The position numbers were made by a program, and so were the translations under genes. From positions 85,329,488 through 85,372,235 of the forward strand of contig NC_068982.1 in the NCBI RefSeq assembly GCF_001194135.2: 42,748 nt of DNA. Reading direction: 5' to 3'. Below are positions 10,577 through 22,892 of the stretch, in pieces; position 1 is the first letter of the stretch; every line of letters begins with the position of its first letter. The stretch comes from Octopus bimaculoides (Eukaryota). The notes under the pieces are model-generated. The model made no database searches, had not been told where the DNA came from, and saw nothing but the letters and a program-made list of their open reading frames with translations.

Positions 10577-12725
10577 TTTTTTTTTAGTTTTTTTTATAGT
10601 TTCAGCTCAGAGCTGCGGCCATGCTAATGCACTGCCGTTTTGCTACACTATTATTAGTGAGAGCCTCCTCCAATATGTGGCACTTGGTGAAGAATGGAGT
10701 TTGATGTAGCTACCCTCATTTGCACCTCTTGCTGTGAGGTAGGTTCATCTGGGACTCTCGACAGGAAGAGGTCCAGCTTTGATTTAAAAACCCCTACATC
10801 TACTTTGTGCAGGTTCCTCAGGCTCTTTGGGAGAGTATTAAAAAGCTGTGGACCCCTGAAGCCCAAACTGTTGCAGTAACTAGTCCTGAAGTGCGATGGC
10901 AGTGCTGAGATTTTTGGTGTAGCTTTCAATGCCAAAATTTGGCACAATTCCTTCCAGGATCTTCCAGATGTATATTACTGCATACCTCTCCCGCCTTCTC
11001 TCCAGGGAGTAGAGTCTTAGCTGTTTCAGCCTTTCCCAGTAGCTGAGCAGTTGCAAAGAGACAATCTTCTTTGTGAATCTTCTCTGGATTGCTTCAAGGT
11101 CCGCTGTTAATTTCACACTAGTGGGTGACCATAGTTGTGAGTAGTAATCCAGGTGGCTGAGGATGAATGTCCTCCAGAAGACCATCATGGTTTCCTTATC
11201 TCTGGTTCTGAATGTTCTCAGGATCCATCCAGCCAGTCGCCTGCACTTTGTCGCCATCCTGGTAGTGTGCACTTGGAAAGAGGTATCATCACTCATGTAG
11301 ATACCCAGGTCTCTCACTGATTTAGGCTCTGGGATTGAAATTCCCTGTGGACCAGTGTACTCTAAGTTTCATACTCAGTTTTGGACGTTAGTAGNNNNNN
11401 NNNNNNNNNNNNNNNNNNNNNNNNNNNNNNNNNNNNNNNNNNNNNNNNNNNNNNNNNNNNNNNNNNNNNNNNNNNNNNNNNNNNNNNNNNNNNNNNNNNN
11501 NNNNNNNNNNNNNNNNNNNNNNNNNNNNNNNNNNNNNNNNNNNNNNNNNNNNNNNNNNNNNNNNNNNNNNNNNNNNNNNNNNNNNNNNNNNNNNNNNNNN
11601 NNNNNNNNNNNNNNNNNNNNNNNNNNNNNNNNNNNNNNNNNNNNNNNNNNNNNNNNNNNNNNNNNNNNNNNNAGGAATATTACGTCCACATTTGAGTTGT
11701 TGAGTAACTGTCTCAACACCCAGTCATAATGTTGTAAGAACTGGGTCAGGCAGCCCCTACCTGGTCGAAAGCCATGTTGGGTATCACTCAGCAAGTTATT
11801 TTCTTCAAGGAATGTGATTAGTTTTCCTCTGACTATCCTTTCCATGACTTTGCTGATGTGTGAAGTCAGAGAGATAGGCCTATAGTTTTTGGCATCTGCT
11901 CTGCTTCCCCCTTTATGGATTGGGCATATTATTCCCTCCATCAGCTTTCTTGGCAGTCTGCCATTTGCAAGAAAGCTCTGTAAGAGGATCTGTAAGAGGA
12001 TTTTGCCAGAGCATGCTTACACAAATTAAGGAGGATTGCTGGGAAACCATGAGGACCAGCAGTTGAGTTTGTGTCCACTTCATCTGTAGCTAGTAGCACA
12101 TCTTCTTCGCTAATGTTGATGTATTCCATCGTAACTGCTTCACTGGTTATAGGGAATGTAGCAAAGAAGTCCACTGGTTCATTCACTTGTCTGTGCTCCA
12201 ACGGAGTGGTGAAGACACTTCTGAATTGCTCATTCAGTACCTCACTGATCTTAGTTGGGCTGTCAGTGAGGGAGCCATCCTTTTCGGAGAGGGGTCCAAT
12301 CTTGCAGCATACTGAGGCTGTTTCTTTCGCGTAATGAAAGAAGGCCTTTGAGTTTGACTTAATGTTTTTTATAACCCAGGCTTCTTTGTCTGCTCTCTCC
12401 CTCACATTAGATTGTTGCAGCCTTTTTTCAATCTCCATCAGTGTCATTTTTAGGCAGGACCTTTTGCTACTTTTGGGATGCTGATTGAGTCGATTTTCAA
12501 CTTTCGTCCGTCGTCTCATGAGGATCTTCCTCTCCCCTGGAATCTTGTCCGTATTTGTTTTGGCCTTGTGCTCTGAGACATATTTCTGGCATATGGCTTG
12601 CACAAGAGACATGAAACATTCTAGTTTCATGTCAATGTCTGGTGTGGAGAGACATTTTGGCCAATCCTCTCTGAGGATCTCTTTTTGGATTGATTTCCAG
12701 TCTGCTTTGTGGAAGTTCATTAATA
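10577..12725 (-). mobile_element. 5'-truncated CR1-group LINE (ORF2 linker plus RT), disrupted
   Basis: NFHKADW; CPIHKGGSRADAKNYRPISLTSHISKVMERIV; QHGFRPGRGCLTQ; RDLGIYMSDDTSF; YWERLKQLRLYSLERRRER; 3' end AGCATGGCCGCAGCTCTGAGCTGAAAC followed by an A-rich tail. Confidence 0.85.
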
Positions 12726-12732
12726 GTGGAAG

Positions 12733-12738
12733 TTTATT
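12733..12738 (-). promoter_or_regulatory. Candidate polyadenylation signal AATAAA
   Basis: About 120 nt downstream of the TAA of the candidate terminal exon. AT-rich context makes a chance occurrence plausible. Confidence 0.3.
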
Positions 12739-12857
12739 AATATTCTTACAATATTTTTCCACATTAAAGAGCAATATCAACTGATTCACTTTTAGCTTCA
12801 TTCTTTGAGAAATTCTAGGTTCAAATTCAATTGAACTCAACAAGATAAATAAGAGTG

Positions 12858-12984
12858 TTACACCAGTGTCGACTCATTTCTTTGCTTTTCTTCTATTTCA
12901 GCACATTGCTCTGAAGCCAAGGAAGGACTTTCTCTGAGGTAGCTAGACCTGCTAGAAATAGTAGCCAAATTTCTTCTAATCATA
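12858..12984 (-). CDS. MAP3K15: Probable post-kinase, possibly terminal exon of the ASK-family gene ([22 protein letters not shown]...ESTLV*)
   Basis: Polypyrimidine tract plus TTATAG|T acceptor. Phase 2 is the only open frame and matches the previous exon. YLR lies where human ASK1 has EYLRSISLP. In-frame TAA at 12858-12860. Confidence 0.55.
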
Positions 12985-15900
12985 CTATAAATTAAAAAAA
13001 AGAGAGACATATTGACCAATATAGCGGAAGATATCCAAAAACACAGGATAGTCACAGCTGAAAAAAATCTTGGTAATATAACTGCTCATTGACCTCAATT
13101 ATTATTAAATGCAAAACCTCTACAAAATAGTTTTATTGTGTGGAATGTAATGAAGACAAGAAAATAAAATAAATCAAAGTTTACATACACCAAGAATTGG
13201 TGTTTACGTAGTTCATCACAGGTGGCACGTTTCTCAGGATCTGCTACAAAGCACCTAGAACAAAGAATGATATATGTTTCGGTAAGATAACAAAAGAGAT
13301 ACCAGATTATTCTGATTTTATATTATGATATGTTTCAGTCTCACTTCAATATTATGACATGATAAAAGAGAAATCATAGTATTCTTTGAAAAGATATTAA
13401 AAAATATAGCTCTCCATAATGAAAACTCTCAACACATACTTTTTATGAGTTTATGACTGTTTTCCAGTTGCTTTCTCCAGATCTATGTGCAGATTTGTAA
13501 TTCAACACAGCAAAATTATGAAACCCATATCAAGAAAACATTGTGATTGGTACCTCATCATCATCATCGTTTAACGTCTGCTTTCCATGCTAGCATGGGT
13601 TGGACGATTTGACTGAGGACTGGTAAGCCAGATGGCTACACCAGGCTCCAATCTGATTTGGCAGAGTTTCTACAGGAAGGCGACGCTGGTAACGATCACG
13701 CTCAAACAGTGGTGCCCTAGTAATACTGCTAGATGGACTAAGCCATTAAATGTCCAGAGACATGACTTATCTATTGACAGCATAAGAAATGTTTAAACTG
13801 TGACCTATATATGAATTCTTTATTGACTTTGCCAGATATAATTTTCATCAAATAATATATCATTGTCATCATCATCGTCATTAAATTTCTGTTTTTCATG
13901 CTGGCATGGGTTGGGCAGTTTAACATGAGATGGCAAACCAGAAGACTGCACCAAGTTCTATTGTCAGCTTTGGCATGGTTTTTAAGACTGGATGTCCTTC
14001 CCATTAATAACTACTTTACTTAGTGTATTGCGTGCTTGTTATGTAGCACCAACATCAGTGAAGGCATCAAGCAACTTGCAAGACAAAGACACCTTAATTT
14101 AGTAAAGGAGTGGTATTGAGGGAGATGGCTTTGTGCTATGTGACAAGAGGGTAAGTTATGGTAGAGGGACAGAAACAGGTGTCTTGCTGTAAAGGAGAGA
14201 CATGGCTACCCAAGTTGGAGAGAGAGACAGAAGATGCTAGTGAAGATATGCAAGGGCGTACCCTCAAGGTACGAAGAGGAGGTGAATGTAAATGGAATGC
14301 TACAGAGGATCAGATAAGGTGAGTGAGTAGGGAGTTCATGGAAGTGTATTGCAAAGTGCAGTAATTTTATAAATGAAACAAAATATTTTATAAATCAAAT
14401 CAACAAATTCATGTATGTTGAAACCACTAGTTTCACAAAAGTGTAAAGAATGCAACAACTTTAACAATCAATAATTAATAGTATTCATAATTCTGTGAAA
14501 AGGTAAGTAGTGATGAAATAATTGCTTTTATATATTATGAATGATATAAATTCTTTTAAACATTACCTCCCAATGAATAGTTTTGCTTGATCTGACATAC
14601 TTTCTGGTATTTCTGGATGGATTTTATAGAAACCAACCTTGAACATGGCTGCTTGTGGAACACCAAGCTGGAAAATTAATAAGACAATAGAAACATATTC
14701 ATCATAGTATCCATAATAAAAAATTCTGTTAACAATTTTATTAGAATGTTTGATTTCACAAGTTTACAGAATTTGCATCTCTGATAGCTTCTAATCTTTG
14801 CTCATCACTTTCGTAAACTTAAACAATAAAATAATATCTGTTCCAATTATATTTTCATGCTTATATCATAATCATCATTTAACTTCCATTTTCCATGCTG
14901 GCATGTCTGTTTGACATGGTTTCTATAGCTGGATACGCTTCCTGATACCAACCACTTTACAGAGTGTACTGCATGCTTTTACACAGCACTGGTACGGGTG
15001 ATTACAAGGTACTGGTATGGGTGCTTTTTATGTGACACCAACACCCTTGGGCACACAAGATTAGGAACGCTTAGTTGAAGAGGGATGCAGGGAACATGCT
15101 TGTATGCAAGGACAATCACGGTTTTAGTTAGCTTGATGTGTCTTTTCAAGCACAGTAAACTGCCAGGAGTCTTAGTCCCCTGTCATACCCTCTGTGAGGC
15201 TCAATGTCTGAAAAATTTTTCTCACCACTTTGTCCCACATCTTCCTCATTCTACCCCTTCCACATGTTCCCTCCACAATTAGAGATCAACACTTTCTGAT
15301 GCAACTGTCTTCATATGCATTACAGTACTGTACCAGTGCAGTCTTTGCTCTTTCACACTATATCTGATACCTTGTATACCCAGTTTTTCACTCAAATCAC
15401 TTTCACTCTGCTGTATATGCACACTGGCATTACCCATCCAGTGGAGCATACTGGCTTCATTTCTTTCAAGCCTTTGATTTCCTAAGTAGGCACAGCCCAT
15501 GTCTCACTGCCATGTAGCACAGCTGTTCGGACACAGGCATCATACAATCTGCCTTTCACTGTGAGGGACATACCCTTCATTTCTAACAGATGTAGGAGCT
15601 CTCTGATCTTTGCCTAGCCTATTCTTATTCTAGCAGTTATGCTTTCAGAACAACTTCCATCACTACTAACTTGGTCACCTAAGTAACAGAAACTATCTAC
15701 TACTTCTAAGGATCCCATCCAACATTTGAGAGAGACTATTTTTTATACATTCCTGGAGTTTAATGTACCTGCACATCTGCCACATGCAAAGACTTCTTTG
15801 TTAATCTTCCAGAGATACTGTTGCACTTCTTATGTGTCTATAGCTTGCAATGGGTTTCTCCTGACAACTTCTCTTTATATCGAGCAGGGCCGTCTCCCTG

Positions 15901-17120
15901 AAAGGATCTGTGATTTGTCTGTTTTCCTACTTATTAGGACTTTGGCCCCTAAGGCTCCTTGGCTCCAGTCCTTGCTTCCACACCTGAAACTTCTCTAGTT
16001 CTGATAGTGATTCAGCAATAAGAACAGGGTCACAGGCATAGAGGAGCTCTCAGGGGCAGCCAGTCTTAAATTCCTGTTATAGCTTGGTGGACTATGATAA
16101 ACAAGAGGGGGTTCAGAACCAATCCCTGGTGGACTCCTACTTCTTTGCAATACTCATTGGTAACTTTCACTTAACTAACAGCATCCTTGTAAATAGCTTT
16201 TATAGCTCTCACCAACCACTCATCTATCCCTAGCTTTTGCATTGCTCATCAGATAAGGGAGCAGGGGAAGGGGGGGGATTAATTTTGTTTTTAGAGAGAG
16301 AGCAACTTTTAATTTCCACATAAACATAACAATTGGTATGGTATCCAGTTATCATCAATTATCTCATTCTTGGTTTGTTCATAGTACCAGACTAGATATG
16401 AACTGATAACCTTCATTCCTAAACTAAATGAAATAACACTTTATCCACTAGGCCACTGATGTGTACACATTTAATATTTACATTGTTCATTTTCAGTAAA
16501 GGAAGCTACATAGAGCTCATGTCAATGTTGGCCTTACTGATAGGATTATCAAGTGTTATTTGTATTGCTTCCTTAATTTAAAAAAAAGTTTCCATTTTGG
16601 TTTTTCTATTAATTAGGGAAACTCCATTCTATAGTGGTTAATGGTCAAAAGAGAAACATGTAATGAGAAACTTCTAAATCAGAAAGAAAGACAATCATCT
16701 ACAAGTTAAAAGACATAATGCAATAAAGACTATGAGTAGAACAGTAGCTGTGCCAAGGTTTAGGCTTTTAACCATTTGGATTGTAATCCAGCATTTTAGC
16801 CTTACGAACAAAAAAGAAAAAAGAAAAAAAAAAGGTTTCACCTCATTAAAAGGCAGTTTTCCAGTTGCCATTTCAATAACAGTACAACCAAAGGACCATA
16901 CATCTGCCTGTAAAATAAAATTTGAAATATTGAAGAACTTATACAATTAATTTTCATCAATAAACATTGTTGTGTGGTAACAAGCTTGCTTCCCAACCAC
17001 ATGGTTCTGGGTTCAGCCTCGCTGCATGGCACCTTGGGCAAGTATCTTCTACTATAGCCTCAGCACAACCAAAGCCTTGTAAATGGATTTGGTAGATGGA
17101 AACTGAAAGAAACTGTCATT

Positions 17121-17160
<40 letters not shown>

Positions 17161-20100
17161 TTCCCCCCCACCACCACCACCACCACACTGCTTGACAACT
17201 AGTGTTGATGTGTTTACATCCCCCGTAACTTAGTGATTCAGCAAAAGAGACTGATAAAATAAGCACTAGGCTTAAAAAAATAAGCCCTGACCACAGTCAA
17301 ATGACTAAAATAAGTAAAAGATAATAGTGTTCTCCAAGGCAGTTGAATGTAGGAACTGACTGAAGACTGAACAGTGATAGGAANNNNNNNNNNNNNNNNN
17401 NNNNNNNNNNNNNNNNNNNNNNNNNNNNNNNNNNNNNNNNNNNNNNNNNNNNNNNNNNNNNNNNNNNNNNNNNNNNNNNNNNNNNNNNNNNNNNNNNNNN
17501 NNNNNNNNNNNNNNNNNNNNNNNNNNNNNNNNNNNNNNNNNNNNNNNNNNNNNNNNNNNNNNNNNNNNNNNNNNNNNNNNNNNNNNNNNNNNNNNNNNNN
17601 NNNNNNNNNNATTTCAATTATACAGGCTAAGTGTTGCATGAATTGTACCTTCTAATAGAGACTTTATAACTAAGTGTAGTAAATAGTGACTTTCCAAGAA
17701 CACTCTGAAGAACCAGTGATGAGATGTGAACTATAAATTCTTGGGTTAGTAGGGTAGGTCTAACGATTCAAACAGCTTTAATATCATCTTAAAGCAAATT
17801 TTAATAGGTGATCTAGTATTTCCATGAAAAGCTTTGAATAAAGTTGGCAATTAAAAAAAACTGAAGTCAAAACAGTGAGGTATTGAACTTAATACAGTGC
17901 ATGCCTTCTTCACCTGATAGAGTCAATGCAATTTATGTTTAACTTGAATTTCACTAGGTTGATACCTTTCAGAAAATACTGGACATTGAAAGAAGTTTAG
18001 AGGGTTGTGATTCTTGGTAGGAAGATTTAGAAAAATATTTACAGCAAGGTTTGAATGATAAAATAAACTAAGAATGATGAGTAGAGGTCAGAGAGAAAAA
18101 TCTGATGCACTTGGGTGGAAGTGGTAATTAAATTGCTAGTTAAGATGCACAGAGAACATTACAGAAGTAGTATAAGGACATATTGTATTACTGAGCCACA
18201 GGATGTAGACTACTGGCGAATGAAACACTGCTAATAAACTAGATAGCCTTTCTAGAAAGTCGTCTCTCTTGATGCTTCTTATGCCCACCTTTTCTCTCAG
18301 GGCACTCACACTCTGTTGTGTACGCACACTTACATTACACATCCAGCAGATCATACTAGCATCATTTATTTCAAGCCTATACATGTCTTCAGCAGTCATG
18401 GCCCATGTTTCACTGCCGTGTAGCATGGCAGTTTGCACACATGCATCATACAGTCTACCTTTCCATCCTGAGTGAGAGGCACTTAGTTACCAGTAGAAAG
18501 TGTAACAGAAATTACACTAGAAGTGAAACAGAAATATTACTATAGATATTTAAATAATATTTTTCATGTACATCACACTTGTTTTGAAGAGCATCAGAGA
18601 CAGATAAGGGTTGAAGAAGGGTCTACCCACCACAAGAGGAAACATAACCTAAGAATGTAATTTTATAGAAGTGTGGATTGCAATAAAAGATCCTCAGAGG
18701 TTGTGAGAACTACTATTAGTCAAAAATTTGAGGGTTTATGTTGTGGGTCATGCATGAGTAAACAAAGATGTAGTCATCATCATCATCATTGTGATCGCTT
18801 AACATCTGTTTTCCATACTGGCATGGGTTGGATCGTTTGACTGAGGTCTGAAGAGCCAGCAGTTGCACCAGGCACCAATCTGATCTGGCAATGTTTCAAC
18901 AGCTGGATGCCCTTCCTAACGCCAAACACTCCTAAAGTGTAGTGGGTGCTTTTTACGTGCCACCATCACAGGAGCCAGTCAGGTGGGCCTGGCATTGATC
19001 ATGTTCAGATAGTGCTTTTTACGTGCCACCAGCACGGGGGCCAGTCAGGGGTATTGGCACCGGCCATGTTTGAATGGTGCTTTTTACATACCACCAGCAT
19101 AGGAGCCAGTCAGGGGGTACTGGCATCAGCTACGTTTGGATGGTGCATTTTATGTGCCACCAGCACAGGGGACAGTCAGGTGGACCTGGCATTGACCACG
19201 TTCGGATGGTGCTTTTTACGTGCCACCAGCATGGGAGCCAGTCAGGGGGCACTGGCCACAGCTACGATATTGGTTTTACTTGACTCAACAGGTCTTCACA
19301 AGCATATCATATCACCTGACACATCAGGGGTACTCTTAACTGGGCCAGACTTGCATGGCTGCGATCTCATTTTAGTTGCCTGGTCTTCTCAATATCAGCA
19401 TATCTTCAGAGGCCTCGGTCTCCTGTCATTGCCTCTGTGAGGCCCAATGTTTGAAGGTCATGCTTCACCACCTCATCTCATGTCTTCCTGGGTCCACCTT
19501 TTCCACAGGTTCCTTCCACAGTTAGGGAGTGACACTTCCTCACACAGCTATCCTCATCCATACGCAGTTGTCTCTCTAGCACACCACATTTGATGCTTCT
19601 TAGGCCCAACTTTTCTCTCAGGGCGCTTGCACTCTGTCGTGTATGCACACTCACATTACACATCTAGCAGATCATATGAGCTTCCTTTCTTTCAAGCCTA
19701 CGCAAGTCCTCAGTAGTCATGGCCCATGTTTCACTGCCATGTAACATGGCAGTTCGTACAGTCTACCTTTCATTCTGAGCGAGAGGCCCTTAGTTACCAG
19801 CAGAGGTATGAACTCCCTGAACTTTGCCCAGGCTATTCTTATTCTGGCCACTACACACTCAGAACAACCACCCCCACTACAGACTTGATCACCTAGGTAG
19901 TGGAAGCTATCAACTACTTCTAGTTTCTCCCTCTGGCATGTGATGGAATCTGTTTTCTGTACATCTTCAGTGTTTATTGCCCCTGTGCATCTGCCACACA
20001 CAAAAACTATCTTCCCAGTTAGTCTTCCTTTAATATTGCTGCACCTCTTATGTGTCCATAGCTTACACCAGGTACATGATATGGAGTTTCTACCCACGCC

Positions 20101-22839
20101 TTTTCTACAGATCGAGCAGGGCCATCTACCTGGAGGGGTTTGTGATTCGACAGCCTTCCTACTTACTAAGACTTTGGTTTTTGCAAGGTCCTTCGAATCT
20201 AGACCTTGCTTCCACACCCTAGACCTCATCTCTAGTTCTGGCAGTGACTCGGCTATTAGAGCAAAGTCATCAGCATAGAGGAGCTCTCAAGGGCAGCCTG
20301 TCTTGAATTCCTCTGTTATCACCTGGAGGACTATGATGAATAAGAAGCAGGTGAACCCCTACTTCTACTTGGTATTCTTCACTATACTTGTTGCCAACCC
20401 TCACCTTACTGACAGCATCCCTGCACAAGGCTTGTACAGTTCTTACTAACTACTCGTCTATCCCCAGTTTCTGTTTTGACCACCAGGTAAGGGATCGAGA
20501 GACCCTGTCAAAGGCTTTCTCCAAGTCAACAAAAGCCAAGTACAGAGGTTTATCTTTGGATAGGTATTTCTCCTGCAGAAATATAGCATCAGTGGTGCTT
20601 CTGCCTGGCAGAAAACCAAACTGCATCTCACTTAAGCTAACTCTCTCCCTAATTAGTTGGGCTATGACCCTCTCTGTAACTTTCATCACCTGATCCAATA
20701 ATTTGATACCCCTGTAGCTATTTCTATCTAAAGCATCACCATTACCCTTGTAGCAGTTGACTATGGTGCTGCTACACCAGTCATTGGGTATGACTCCTTC
20801 ATGAACTAACTGATTTACAATGCAGGTGACAAGACCATAACCTACACTGCCTGATATTTTAAGCATTTCAGCGGTGATTCCAGATGGGTCAGGCACTTTT
20901 CCTGTCTTCATATCCTTAATTGCTGTATCTACCAGCGTACTGTCGATTCAGGTAGCAGGTCCCTCAATTGGGTCAACCTTTAGCAGACTCTCCTCCTCGC
21001 ATTCATTCTCCACATTCAGCAGTCTTTCATGATGGCATCTCCAAGTCTCTTTCTTTGCAGAATCACTAGACGCAAGGGTACCATCATCCATGCAGACACA
21101 TTTCTCTCCTATGACATCACAGTTTTCCCTCTGTAGAGAGGAACAGATTGATGTGGATCCTTGAAGCAAAAATCTTGAATAATTTGGTGAGAATGGGAGT
21201 TAGTTTAGGAGTGTATTGTTTGGAATAATGGAAAGAATACAGTCAGGAACAGCAACTTTGTTTGAGAGGACTAACTGGAGATGTGACAGTTCAGCACCCA
21301 ATTTAGCATTGATTGAGCTAACATATAATCAAAAGCATTGCAGCTGTGACAATTCAATATTTTTCTTATTGGAATAAGGTGCTCTGGTTCATGTTATCTA
21401 ATTCAACATTCCTTTTGTTTAGCAGCAGTTATGAGTTGACAGAGATTTATCTGCTATTTCTAGCATATCAACCACATAGAAAATTTCTCATTGACTAGAG
21501 AGGTTTACCCACATGGTGATTATGTGTATATGTTACAAAGGCAGGTGAGAACAAAAATGGAACTGAAATTGCTTTTCTTTCTCTTTCTCTTTTTATGTGT
21601 GCATGTACAATGTGAATATGAAGGAAAACTTGGCCATCTCATGAGAATTTACAAATTATAATTTTTTAACTACAGAGTATGCAACTAAACTTACAGGTGG
21701 ACCATAACCTCGCACACCTTTGTCAATCACCTCTGGAGCCATATATTGCATTGTGCCTGAAAAGAAAAACAAGAGTGAGAACTTAATTTGTAAACATACA
21801 TTTGAAGAAGTATTAACACATAAAAGTATATAGCAGATGCATAAAAACTCACACATTTCATTAATAAAGGTATATTTAAGTACCTCAAAAATTAGTGTAT
21901 TGATATACTGCAAGCCAGAAATTTCGTTTTAAGTATCAACCAAAGAATTGTCTTATCATACAAGGATATTTTGTTATAGCTCTTTATTGAAGTTTAATGA
22001 ATGGGTAATTTATCCTACTCATATTCAAGAAGTATTAACACATAAAAGTATATAGCAGATGCATAAAAACTCACACATTTCATTAATAAAGGTATATTTA
22101 AGTACCTCAAAAATTAGTGTATTGATATACTGCANNNNNNNNNNNNNNNNNNNNNNNNNNNNNNNNNNNNNNNNNNNNNNNNNNNNNNNNNNNNNNNNNN
22201 NNNNNNNNNNNNNNNNNNNNNNNNNNNNNNNNNNNNNNNNNNNNNNNNNNNNNNNNNNNNNNNNNNNNNNNNNNNNNNNNNNNNNNNNNNNNNNNNNNNN
22301 NNNNNNNNNNNNNNNNNNNNNNNNNNNNNNNNNNNNNNNNNNNNNNNNNNNNNNNNNNNNNNNNNNNNNNNNNNNNNNNNNNNNNNNNNNNNNNNNNNNN
22401 NNNNNNNNNNNNNNNNNNNNNNNNNNNNNNNNNNNNNNNNNNNNNNNNNNNNNNNNNNNNNNNNNNNNNNNNNNNNNNNNNNNNNNNNNNNNNNNNNNNN
22501 NNNNNNNNNNNNNNNNNNNNNNNNNNNNNNNNNNNNNNNNNNNNNNNNNNNNNNNNNNNNNNNNNNNNNNNNNNNNNNNNNNNNNNNNNNNNNNNNNNNN
22601 NNNNNNNNNNNNNNNNNNNNNNNNNNNNNNNNNNNNNNNNNNNNNNNNNNNNNNNNNNNNNNNNNNNNNNNNNNNNNNNNNNNNNNNNNNNNNNNNNNNN
22701 NNNNNNNNNNNNNNNNNNNNNNNNNNNNNNNNNNNNNNNNNNNNNNNNNNNNNNNNNNNNNNNNNNNNNNNNNNNNNNNNNNNNNNNNNNNNNNNNNNNN
22801 NNNNNNNNNNNNNNNNNNNNNNNNNNNNNNNNNNNNNNN

Positions 22840-22892
<53 letters not shown>

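Noticed and set aside
18958-19270. Regular repeats resembling a CRISPR array
   Set aside because: Eukaryotic context, no unique spacers, and the units are part of the RTE 3' UTR.
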